NCBI GenBank assembly: GCA_000320545.1
Contig: ADNK01001163.1
Span: 19,804-83,803, forward strand
Length of the DNA: 64,000 nt
From: Bigelowiella natans CCMP2755
Lineage: Eukaryota; Protista; Cercozoa
Direction of reading: 5' to 3'
Shown here: positions 14,621-30,199 of the stretch, one piece after another
Numbering within the stretch: position 1 is the first letter of the stretch
Layout of the letters: each line of letters opens with the position of its first letter
Made by a program: the position numbers and the translations under genes
The notes under the pieces: generated by a model
Seen by the model: the letters and a program-made list of their open reading frames with translations, nothing else
Told to the model about the DNA's origin: nothing
Databases searched by the model: none

Positions 14621-14912
14621 ATAAATAAGAAATAATGGCAAGTAGTTGTCGTAGTAATGCAAATCCACTACGTATAAGATGGTACGACTAACACGATAGA
14701 ACATATACATGTACCGGTATTTATATATAAATATAAATATATATTACATAATAGAAGGGATAAACACCCGTACGACAACAATATTGACATGGAATTCTTA
14801 TTATAATTACTCATAATTTAACCAAGTACGACGACTTTGAACAAAGAGAAAAAGAGAGTACAGTAAGCATTCGTCGTCAACTTCCTACCTGTACTGCTGC
14901 TGTGCACTGATA

Positions 14913-15608
14913 ATGGCGTTCGAGGATGATGTGTTGACGATCTTCGTTATTTATACCCTTGCTCTTGTTCCCATTCCCTTACTCATCATACAGTTTACGT
15001 TTCGTCCAGGGCTACGTTGGATATCTGCCGTCTATGGATACAGCGTTTTTCTTTGCGCTGTTGGTTGGGAAATCTGGTGGACATTTGGCATCCTAAACGG
15101 TGATCCGGTGAATGTGAGGCGTGAATCTAAAACGCTTAATAAATTCATACCGCAAAGCATCAACTGGCTCGTCAACTCTCTCGCAGATGGCACAGTAACC
15201 CTCCTTGGCATACTACTTCTCTCTTTGTATCGGGCGAAACCTTTAGCAAAGTTCAGTCTCATTGATTTTTTCGTTCTCTACATTTGGTTTAACTTCCAAG
15301 ATATCCTTGCTAGCGCTTTATTATTTGCCAATCAATTGGACACAGGCACGCTTAGTCTCGCTCCTTTCGCTCCATTTCATGTAACATGGAACCCTGTTGC
15401 GATGATAGGACCTGTTGCAGTCAATATTGAACTACCATGGCTAATTTCTCCCTTTTTTTGGTATCCTGGTGCACTCTACTTACGAAGGCTATATTCCGTC
15501 CATTCGATTCAACTTAGAGGCAACGATGTCCGGGTTTCTGGAAGCCAAGGCAAAAGGGAGCAATTCGACAATTTGACTGAGTACATTGCACTGACGCAGT
15601 ACGTATAG
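14913..15608 (+). CDS. intronless 231-aa multi-pass membrane protein of unknown function
   Basis: Uninterrupted ORF (ATG..TAG), about 5 hydrophobic helices, motif-like polar residues (WEIWWTFG, GDPVNVRR, INWLVNSLAD). Confidence 0.8.
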   Translation: MAFEDDVLTIFVIYTLALVPIPLLIIQFTFRPGLRWISAVYGYSVFLCAVGWEIWWTFGILNGDPVNVRRESKTLNKFIPQSINWLVNSLADGTVTLLGILLLSLYRAKPLAKFSLIDFFVLYIWFNFQDILASALLFANQLDTGTLSLAPFAPFHVTWNPVAMIGPVAVNIELPWLISPFFWYPGALYLRRLYSVHSIQLRGNDVRVSGSQGKREQFDNLTEYIALTQYV

Positions 15609-15879
15609 ACAAAAGACCGTTAGAGTAGACATTTAAATCGATTTAATCAAATAGAGTTCCCTAATTCATCCGTAGTGTGCATTTATGTCTCCTCCCTGAG
15701 AGTATTTATGCGACGAAGGCGAATCAAATTGTAGTAGCTAGTGTATTGAATGAAACAAAGGTCCTCTGTAGAATATCGCTCTGACACGCATCAGAATTTC
15801 ACTATCGTTTTATAATATAACAACTTAAGAGTTTGCAACATCAAAATCCTAAGCTTTGAAGATATAATTTCTTGTAATC

Positions 15880-16430
15880 GTCACGCGTGCGCTCATCTAG
15901 TCATTGCAACATGAAAGACAAGCAGCGCAGAAGTCAAGTAAGTTTGCGAGCTGGCTTCATCTCTTTTGATCTATCTCGCATGCACATCGTCTCATAAACA
16001 TGCTACACCCACTTTCACAAAGACCATGCATTTCTGTCAGCAAGTCATCACTTGCTAGCTTGGCCACGCAAACTAGCATCGTCAGTCAGCGACGGCTAGA
16101 TTGATGTCTCTAGCTAGCTAGCTAGAAAGCTAGTGTTGTGCATCGTCACATGTCGCTAGGTCGGTCTATCGGTAAACAAATGATCGGAATGAGATATTCC
16201 TACCAGCCTTCGTCGTTTCTTCGATTTATTTTTGTTCTGATGACAGTGAATGTGTCGTCTGGGTGTGCGGACGGACATTGCTGCTAGATTGTGCCATATG
16301 CTAGCATGTGTTCCGGCATCCATGCATGCATCGCTCGCTCCGGTGCCGTGCCGGACAACCTCGTGCTGGCTTGCTTCTCTAACTAACTACATATTAAAGT
16401 TTATTGAAAAAAAAATTGCATGTATGAAAA
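15880..16430. other. TG/CA- and CTAG-rich intergenic island
   Basis: Contains CTCTAGCTAGCTAGCTAG and GCATCCATGCATGCATC; lies between convergent 3' ends. Confidence 0.5.
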
Positions 16431-16580
16431 ATTAAATCTAAATAACAGACTCTAATACTAATAATCGAACAACCGCTTTTGTTGAATTCTTGAACCTCTC
16501 TGTCAGATAGACTGTGCAGTCATATTATCGATAATAAAGTTTGAAAGGCGGCGTTTTTAATTTGGATATTGCTGGAATTC

Positions 16581-18234
16581 TTATTTATATACTGAGGGTA
16601 TCCTATGCCGCTTCGTATCAGTTGGTGGAGTGTCCTCGTCGTTCTTGAAGGCACCATGTCTTGAAAGTTGAATTGGAGCCTAGAATAACATCACACTCAA
16701 TATAAACGCCGTGTATAACGATGTAATATTGTACCTGCACGCGATGGATCAGGTAACTGATCAATATAGTCAATGCTGCCCCACCTTCAGCGACTAGCAC
16801 TGATAGTATATGTCAGAAGAATAATCTCAAGAAGATCAAATTGGAGCTCTTTCTCTCCTAATTCATGACGGACAAGTTACCGCCAATAAGCATCCATGCG
16901 TGATAGCGATTTTGAGCCCACCCTGATAGCACTCCAAAGCCTACGTAAATGATCGCGAATAATGTGGAAACCATGTGATGGTTTTCCGTGTTCATTCTGT
17001 GTTGTAGCAGCATTACAAGGAGTTGATCACTAATGGTTGTACTGTTCTCATGTTATCGTCATCACTCTTGTCATAATAGTACCCAAGCCGACAAGAAATG
17101 CTTCTGCCAATCCAAATCCTTGGTATACCATAATAACTTCCTGCCAACCTGAATTGAAGAAGGGAGATATGATGACATTATTATTGATGGTTCGAAAAAA
17201 TGTTGATTGCAACCCCAATTAAGCTGATCTTGGGAATTTATCGGCACATCCTATTGTTAATAAACTTAATGTTAGCTTGAGAACAATTCCATGTAAGAGG
17301 GGTTTATAATGTATTATCTACCGCCAAAAAAATCCTGTGTAGTGCAACCATACACCAGAACTTGTCTGCCAAACAAAACATACATCAATGAGTTGCAATG
17401 GATTTAACACACCAAGGCGTTCAAACACAGCAGCTTAGTGGTACCTTCGAAAATAAATGGGAAAAGGACAAGGGGTGCCAGAACAACAGCCACCATGGCC
17501 TAAATATCAAAACAACATTGAGCCGATAATGAGCTCTTGGTTGTTTAGAATAGTATGGAGTACTACTAGTACCCCGATCTCCACGTCGAACAAATATGTC
17601 ATTATATATGTTATCCCTGAAAACAACAAGACGACCACTCATCACATCAAATCAAATCATTTACTACAAGAGAATCTGTCGTCTCTTTACTGAAAATATG
17701 TCGTTCGTTACCTAATGCACACCAGAAAGCCGCTTGATGTGCTACTATAGCCTTTGCTACCTGAGATAATTTTACGGTGTGACGCATATACTTATGTTCA
17801 TCATACATTGCTTCAATAAATCATACCATTTTGGAGTGCTTTAGACATGAGGGAAGGGCCTCCGTATCAGCAGTTCCATTTAGAAAATCAGTTGATGCTG
17901 AGCGACTTAAATAGTCCTAATACCAGTAATTATTGACGTATCTGATCATGTCACCAATAACTCGAGCAACACATAGTACACATTCTTTTCCCTTCGCACG
18001 ACTTACTACCTTCCTTGATTCATCAAGATACATTTGATCTGCGAGGCTGGCATATGTCAATGAAGAGAGATTGTGATCAGCTGGTGTGGTGAGACTAAGA
18101 GAACTCCGGTTTAGCGAGAGTTCGCCTTCCCTTCCTCCGCTCCCAGGGGTAGTTGTCGAAGAAGACGTCTCTTCAAAGGAACCATAAGTGATAAAATTAC
18201 GGGGGCTTTTGGACTTTCCAGATGCTGCCGCCAT
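16581..18234 (-). CDS. multi-exon multi-pass membrane protein of unknown function
   Basis: ATG at 18234. About 9-10 short GT-AG exons give hydrophobic segments (AIVAHQAAFWCALG|ITYIMTYLFDVEIG|AMVAVVLAPLVLFPFIFED|KFWCMVALHRIFLA; STLFAIIYVGFGVLSGWG; VAEGGAALTILISYLIHRVQ), ending RIPSVYK* at 16581. Confidence 0.6.
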
Positions 18235-18639
18235 GAGGCGGTCGGGTTGAAAGGATGTTCCTTCCTCCCTCCTAAATCTTTTTCTTTTTCTCTTGTTGTT
18301 CTTGTCCTCTCCTCCTCCTCCTCCTTTCCATGTATATTTATATTCTTCCTCCTCCCCCTTCTCCTCCTCCTAGCTCTCTCGTCGTTCGTAGATATAGTAG
18401 TTCTCCTCCTCCTCCTCCTCCTCCTCCTTCTCTTGTTCTTTTTCTTCCTCTCCTTCTTCTTCCTCCTCCTCCTCCTCTTCTTCGTATCTGAGTTAGTTTA
18501 AGTTGTTCTAGTCGCATCCTTGACTTCCCAGCTATGTTGTTGTAGTAGTTGTTGTAGTTGTTGTAGTTGTTGTTGTTATTACATGTACTACTACAAGCAC
18601 TTCAAGTCTAGAAATTCAATCATGGAAATTATTCCCAAA

Positions 18640-18745
18640 ATGTCTAAACTTTCGATGAGACAACATCCACTATTAAAATTACTTCAGCTAATAATGAATA
18701 CAGACTAGCTGGGCAATAGAGGATGCGACTATAATAATTAGGTAT
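18640..18745 (+). repeat. dispersed repeat family B, copy 1 (core ATGAGACAACATCCACTAT)
   Basis: ATGAGACAACATCCACTATtAAAATtACTTC at 18655, followed by ...TAGCTGGG...G(A/G)TGCGAC; matches copies at 57707 and 58009. Confidence 0.75.
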
Positions 18746-18857
18746 CTAAACTAAATAATGGGGGATGAAGGGTGCGACTAGAATAGGTAACTAGATCTTA
18801 AAACTACAAGTAGATCCGAACTACTACTACTACTACTAGTAGGACCACCCTACTACA

Positions 18858-18888
<31 letters not shown>

Positions 18889-18994
18889 GGAAAAGGAGGA
18901 GGAGGAGGAGGAGCAGGAAGAAGAAGAAGAAAAGAAAGATAGGAAGAAGATTCAAAAAGAAGAACCACGATACACGCAAAATAGTAGTAGTTGT

Positions 18995-19027
<33 letters not shown>

Positions 19028-19102
19028 GATCAGGATACTCGTATACGCTGGTATGGTGTTTTGCTAGCTCAATTATGTACCTTCTGTCTATTTTACTTGA
19101 CC

Positions 19103-21494
19103 ATGAATACAACGCCAAATTCTTCTCACACAACGAGGTTGCTGGCAGTTCTCTCAAGCGTTCTATTTCTTTTCACGTTGATATTATTATTATCGGATAG
19201 CTGCTGCACTAGTTCCCACAATATGCGAGCTACAATAGCAGCGAACGTGCATAGATCACACCTGCAGCGACGATACTTGATAGGAAAGAAAACCTGCAAT
19301 ATTCGCAATCTATTATGTATACGTTCTCCAACATGTAGCGAAACAATGTCTAGACCGAAAATATGGATTGAGGGGGGAAATCGAGATAGATCAAAGCTCT
19401 TCTCTTTCAATGCACAATCCCCTGAAAATGGCGATGATCATCTACGAGAATATGATCCTACAGCTCAGCAAAAGCAGCACCACCTTGTCGTTATAGGTGG
19501 GGGAGCCGCCGGATTTATGGGTGCAATTGAAGCTGCTAACGTTATTGCAGACAACAGCAAACTCAAAGTATCTATTCTAGAAGCTACTTCAAATCCTTTG
19601 AATAAGGTCAAAATTTCAGGAGGAGGCCGATGTAACGTTATGCAAGATGCAACGAAATCGGCACGACTTATCACAGAAGGATATCCTCGGGGACGTAAGC
19701 CACTTATTGGGCTCTTAGAAAGTTTTGGTCCTTCACAGACATATCAATGGTTCGACAACCATGGGGTACAGCTTAAAACTGAACCGGATGGACGAATGTA
19801 GGAGACCAATGATCATCATAACAATTATAATACAACACTACAAAAATTATCTTAAAGAGTTTATCGATTACAATACCATGCATTATCATAATATTGCAAC
19901 TTCAACAACAACCAACAACAATTTCTTACTAGTACTTTATTGCCAGGTTCCCTATCACAGATAAATCTCAGACTATCATAGATTGCTTGCGTCAGCTTGC
20001 TGATACGCATAGCATAGCGGTTGAAACGCGCACCCGTGTCGAAGATATTCGAGTAGTTCAAGAAGAGAAGGAGGGCGGAGCGGGAATGCTTGATGATGAT
20101 GATCATTTTTTTGAAATAACTTGTAAAGTTCCCAAGATGGACGGTGTAGTGAATGATAATAATAAGTTGCGGAGAGCAGCTTCTGACATAAGGAAAATAC
20201 GTTGTGATTACGTTCTCCTAGCGACAGGATCTTACCGGCCCGCGTAAGTCATGCTCAATTTGCAGCTATCTAACAGCACTTATTATTACTCTTATTATTA
20301 TTAGCACTTACTACTATACATATACCCTTATTGTTATTAGCACTTATTATTATTATCATTATTATATTATTATTATTATTATTGTTATGGGACTACTAAG
20401 CTTCTTCGTTGATATCATGATCAGATACCAATGGGCTAAAAGACTTGGGCATGCTATTGAGCCACCAGTTCCTAGTTTATTTACCTTCGAGACGAAGGAT
20501 GATCATGTAATGGAAATAATACCTCCTCCTCCTCCTGCTGCTGCTGCTGACAATGCAACAGACTTCAAATAAGAAGATCGTCGTTATGATGATGATGATG
20601 ATCATGAGAATGATTATGATGATGATGATGATATAAACAGGAATCGACCAGAAACAGGGAGATAAATAGTAATGCCGTGGTCTCTGCATCATCATCATCT
20701 TCTTCTTCTTCATCACAGTCATTCTCTGCTTCGTCGTTTAAATCCTTGGCTGGCATCAGTGTTGAGGATGTTGATCTCAAATTACGTGTGATGGAAAAAG
20801 AAGAAAACGAGGAGGAGGAGGAGGAGGCCCCCCCAAGAGAACTATCAAATCTAAGCACGAGTAAAATATTAAGCAGCCACGCACAGAAGAATCGGCACCG
20901 TAAGCAGCAGCAATATCGTCGTCGTAAGGAGTATAAGTTGAGTGATAGAGGCCCCGTACTTTTTACACATAGCGGACTCTCAGGACCTGCCATTCTTAGG
21001 CTATCAGCTTTTGGTGCACGATATCTCCATGATAGCAAGTACAAAGGAACTTTGATTATAAACTGGTTGGCATCCATAGGAGTCTCGAACCAGGAAGAGG
21101 CCAAGAAGACCCTAGAGAAAGTCAAAGGAGAGCAGCGAGGAAAGAAGCTAATCGGAACATACTGTCCTCTTGGCTCAACAACAACCTCCTCCTCATCCTC
21201 TATTCTCCCAAAGCGATTATGGGGGTTGTTGTTAGATCAAGCAGCAATACCAAAATCAAAGCAATGGTCAGAAATCTCAAAGAAGGAGATGCAAAGATTG
21301 AGTCAAATTCTCACTTCCCACACAATTAAAGTCACAGGAAAAGTGAGCAGCCATATGCATGATTAATTAGATTAGCGCTGATCCATGAACTAGTAGGAGA
21401 TAGACCTATATCGTACTACTACTGCAGCAGCAGCCTAAATCAAAAATAGGGTTGTTAGGCACACACACATATATCTAATCTATCTGTTATCGTC

Positions 21495-21531
<37 letters not shown>

Positions 21532-21565
21532 TTGAAAATTTTTAAACATTTCATTACATCCGTCT

Positions 21566-21603
<38 letters not shown>

Positions 21604-22154
21604 GCATACGTGATTGTGTTTGCATGGCTACGTTAGGATAGCCATTCAAAAAATGGAACTATTTACATTACATCCGTATCGTATGTGTGTGTGTGCGCGC
21701 GCGCGCGTGTTTGTGTGTGTATGATATATATTTTATTATACCAGGGATACTATTGAGCTGTCACCATTATCGTATTTGTTGTTTATTAGGGTACATTTAA
21801 GGACGAGTTTGTGACTTGTGGTGGCATATCCCTCAAGAATGTTAATACAAAGACCCTACAAAGTAAGATAGTATCCAGGTTGTTCTTCGCTGGCGAAATA
21901 CTGGACATCGATGGAATAACCGGAGGCTATAACTTTCAATCAGCTTGGAGCAGTAATATAATACACATTTAGATTTTGAGCGAAGTTTGCGTTGGGGAAG
22001 TTGTTTGGTTAATATTTTTTTTCCCACATTATGATTCACCCTTCTCCTGCAATGAATTATTACAGCTGGATGGCATGCTGGAAATACTATTGGAACTCTT
22101 GCAGCGGCATCGTTTTCGAATTTATCTGATACAGAGAAGAAGGAGAACAGTTGA
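19103..22154 (+). CDS. HI0933/YhiN(BaiN)-family NAD(P)/FAD-dependent flavoprotein with a signal-plus-transit-like N-terminus
   Basis: [33 protein letters not shown]|, [65 protein letters not shown]|AGWHAG. Exons join in frame across GT-AG introns; TGA at 22152-22154. Start codon uncertain. Confidence 0.92.
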
Positions 22155-22387
22155 TGCCGTATGCCAGGATGATTGGCGGCACAACTTATAAAGTTGGTAC
22201 AGTAGTAGTAGTAGCTCGAGAAAGAATATCATTGTAAGACCATACCATCGTCGATATTTGAACAACATTTGATTGTTAGACACTATTCAATTCATTACTG
22301 ATACTTTGGCTATAAATTTTCTGGTGCAAATATCCACTAAATACGAATCTGTATCTCAGTCGTTTTATTACATTAATATTTACATAT

Positions 22388-22430
<43 letters not shown>

Positions 22431-23822
22431 CGAGAAAGATGTAATGAAATGCTCATATTTTTCAACAGCCATCCTCATGTAGCTGTGCATAGCTGCGGTT
22501 ACAGTGCTTCAATGTGATATATATATGAGACGGATGTAATGAATAAATTGAATTCGTTCAATGGTAATAATATATGAGACAGATGTTATGAAATGAATGC
22601 ATTTTTCCAATACTAGAGTGGTCAGTCCAATGTAGCTATCTTGCAGTGCAAAGCGGCAGCTGTAGCGCCAAGATTGTGAGTTTTCTACATACATGTGAGA
22701 GCGGATGCAATGAAACGACTGCATCGCATTTGTTCGCAAATGGTCATCCCAATGTAGGCCATGCAAAGCAGCGACTGCAGGGCTACACGTGCACATCAGT
22801 GTGGACGTGTTTTGCATGCTGGCATGCTACACGAAGATTGCGTAACTTGCGCTTGACAAAAAGTGAGCTGCGCGTGGCAATGGTGATGCGATGGTTTTGC
22901 GAAGGCAATCGATTTGAGTTGTGATTTGTCTGTCGTGCGCAACGTGCGGCTACATGTTTCTCTGCATGCATGGAATGCATGCCTTGGCGTTAGCGCGACG
23001 TGCAACAGCGTGCAATCCGCATTGCGCGTTGCACGAAATCTCCCTGTGTTCTGCTTCCGCGACGTCCTGAATTTCCCGTCGTTGTGACCACTGGACCACA
23101 CGTGCATGCGCGCCGTCGACCAAGCCAACTCAGCAGCCGCATCACTGCTGTTCCCGATGTTGCATGCTAGCATGCAGCATCACGCACGACAAAAGCAACA
23201 GTTTTTCATCACATCTGTCTCACTCACATTGCTGACAACTTCAAACTTTGAAGAGGATTGTGCACTGTAGACGAAGCACGCTGCGCGCAGCGTGCAAAGT
23301 CATCGAAGATGTGGATCATTTGCTTTCTTGCCCATCATGCACACCACACATCAATGCCGCTGGAGGAATCAGCTCACTGCCACAGTCTAGCAGTGATGCG
23401 CGACGATGAAACGAAAAGTTTGTGCAATGAGAAGAAAACACGCACTCACACACTCCAGCACTGCTGCGCGAAATGCGCGACATTCAAAACTGGAAGACCG
23501 AAGCAACATGCACATTGATTGCATGAAACACATCACATGGCGGGCACCATGGACATGCACTGTGTCCATTGTGGGCGACCAACAGATTCAACATCACAGC
23601 GCTGTCTAACTGTGGCCGCTGCATTGCACAGCTACACGCGAGGATTGCACGACCATTGAACAAACTTGATTCAGACTCATCACATCTCTAGATCTGTCTT
23701 GCGTGTCTAGCAACATCAGTGCTGTGGCCGTCGTTGCATTGCACACCTGACAGCTACGTGAGGACGACCATTGAACAAATTCAATTCAATTCAATGATCA
23801 TTTCATTGTCACATCCGTCTCT
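21551..23822. repeat. dispersed repeat family A (core GCTACATTAGGATGACCATTGAA...TTCATTACATCCGTCTC), several copies in both orientations
   Basis: Related copies at ~21551, 21627-21680 (+), 22436-22500, 22525-22565, 22696-22760 (-), 23619-23670 and 23722-23822 (+); further copies at 51592-52030. Confidence 0.7.
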
Positions 23823-24480
23823 TGTCATCTAGTGAACACGATGCAGGCAAGCATGTGCTAGCATGGCTAGATGGTCTAGTGGTGAGCACAAGAGCATGTG
23901 CTCATCACCCGACTAGCGCACGAAAGCGTCCACAACTGTTGAAGTGGGAAGTGCTAGAGTGCATGAACAGCCGCACGCACCGCCACGCTCTAGCGCTTGT
24001 GCGCAGCGCTAGAGCGCTTGAGTCCTTCGATTCAATCAATCTCGCACTTCACTTGTGCGTGCCTAGCTAGCTCTAGAGCTAGCAAATGCGTCATGGCTAG
24101 ACATGCTAGCATGGCACGCACTCGATCGATCATCACTGCATGCTATTAGCATGGAGTGCTTGCGATCAGCGCGCATCGCGAATGCACATGCATCTAGGCT
24201 AGCACAGCTAGGTGCAGCTGGTGACTCTGGACTGCATGATAGCATGCACTAGTTGCACAGTGCAACTGAGTTGCTCATGTTGTCACAATTATCACACTCT
24301 AGCACTGTGCTCAGCTAGTCAGCTCAGTTAGCTAGTTATTAGAGCTATGTATGTGTCCATTAGATGAGTAGCTACACTTTGAACAAAGAGTCTAGACTAG
24401 TAGAGTCGCTGCAGCGCTACGTCATGGAGAACCAAACAAGTGCATCTGAGCTAGAGATCCATGCGTTTGATGCGATGGAC
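22600..24480. other. large TG/CA- and CTAG-rich intergenic island (putative decayed mobile DNA)
   Basis: Six CTAG words within 24063-24109; abundant GCATGC/TGCA; lies between the HI0933 and cathepsin 3' ends. Confidence 0.6.
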
Positions 24481-24718
24481 ATAGCAATGCGTCAATGATA
24501 GAATGGGGCATTGTTGAGACAATAGTTGAGCCAATGATCTAGCAATGAATAGCGATGCTGGTGGTGGTACCAATGTGCGACAATTCTCTTGCGAATGCAA
24601 GGCAGAATAAATTCCTCTGTGTATGAGCAATGTCACACGAAATACACGAGTCATTCTATTATGAATTCGTATGCTACGACTAAATGCATGCGAAGATGAG
24701 CAAGCATATTCATTAATA

Positions 24719-28366
<3,648 letters not shown>

Positions 28367-28745
28367 GATGAGGAGGAAGGGAAGGGGTTCCTTCCTTTTA
28401 TTCTATCGTTAAGACCTAAAAGACTATCAACTTCAAAACAATAATTGTATTATTATAAGATAAATCGGTGCAGAATCATTGTCGCTTAAACAAAATCTAG
28501 TGTGTTTTCCACAAGATACTCTCGCATAGCAGTCATCCTGGCAAATGGAATGCCAGGGATTCTTCGGTAGTACCGGCACTGACGACAACAACAATCAATC
28601 AATCAATCAATTGAGTTTTGAATTATTTGAAATAACACAACACAGCAGAGATGAGCAAGGAGGAGAGGGGAGATGATGATGATGATTATTAACAGAGAAT
28701 AGGCTGGAACAACGAAGAAATAACACTTGCAAGAGGAGAACAATA

Positions 28746-30178
28746 ATGGGATCTTGTGAGAGAAGCAGTTTGACGCTTTTGCCTCTCTTTCTGGCTTTAA
28801 CGACCTTCCTCACAACAGGTGTTCAGGTCTCATTTGAGATACCTGCTGTAACACCAAAATCTTGTCATTTTCTAAGGTAAGGTCATTAAGGAGAATAATG
28901 CAATGGAAACTTATTCCCAGAATATGCATAATACTGTTGCCTCTTCTCGTCGAATCCAGGTCAATTATTCTGACAGTATCTGCAATTAACAATTAGATAC
29001 GAATTAAGGCTATGATATCACCAATGCAGGCAATGAAGGCGAGATCGTCCCCAGCGCAAATGATGACGGATGCTGATACGGCTTGTGTTTCCTGCCAGTA
29101 TTACAATTTTATTCACTTATGCTATAGATAAATTTATAATCTTGATAATTGCAGATACTTTCTTGAGCGTGTTGCGGCAATGCTGCTGACTGGGGCTCAC
29201 ACTCAAGTTGCAGCGGAGCAACAGACCATTCCTTCCCCGAAAAAAGAGCCCCCCCCGCAGCAAAACGTCAATTTCCTTGAATTGGACCAAAGAAAGAGTA
29301 ATGTAAATTTCGGGGAAATTGATTCTCTTGCTACGCTGGGGCCAGCCGCGGATATGCGAGGGGAAGGAAATATAACGACTCTACCTACACCATTTAGTCT
29401 CTCTAGGAATGACAGTATTCTTGCTCTTTCTCATGAACTCGCACGTATTAACGGTACCAAAGAAATTGGACACTCCTTCGATGGGAACATTCCGAAGAAC
29501 TCCAGCATATTAATCGAGCTTTCCAGCAGTTCTCCGTCTGAAAACCCATATCTAAGGGGAGGGTTCATGCGCGATTTTCTCCACTATAGACCAGGATTGG
29601 CACGTTTCTGGAGACGGTGATACTCTTTTCAACAATATATTCGACTCTAATTAATTTCGATTTTATAGTCCTACAGCTCAAATCGCGACGATGGCGGAGC
29701 AAGAAAGAATTCTCATGTTGTTGGAGGAGGTCATACAAATCTGAAATCTCCCGTTGAACGAATCTCATTTTATACTGGTAGCTTTGCTCTGGACGATGGA
29801 CTGCGCCTTACTTGCAAATCTGTCTCACTATTGTTTCCAAGTTTCAACAGGTCTGTTGCCACTCACCATCAAAAAATTTCAACAAAGTAATGCGTGTTAG
29901 ACATTCTGGAGGTAGTCCTATATTACTCAAAATATAGGTTTCCGATCTGATCCAAACAGCCCGAGCCGATGAGATTTGCCAAAGAATTAACTTGTGCGAT
30001 ACGGTATGCTGGGGAACATATATGTGTGGCGTTCCAATTTAATCAAAATCTTATTTTATGGTCTTACACCCAGACGTCATACGTTGCAAATTCTGCCCAT
30101 GCTCCTGTGGTTGGACTAGATGCTGGTGATACCACAATGGGCGCTCAAAATATGGCTGCGAACGCTTTATTCGGCTGA
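28746..30178 (+). CDS. secreted saposin-B-like (six-Cys) protein with a large internal insertion
   Basis: Signal peptide MGSCERSSLTLLPLFLALTTFLTTGVQ|A. Spliced exons give TACVSCQYFLERVAAMLL ... (ORF 29180..29620) ... LMLLEELC...LQICLTIVSKFQQ|VSDLIQTARADEICQRINLC, the C-x2-C/C/C/C-x4-LC pattern of saposin-like domains. One donor is weak. Confidence 0.55.
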
Positions 30179-30199
30179 GTTACACACAAGAACTTAAGT

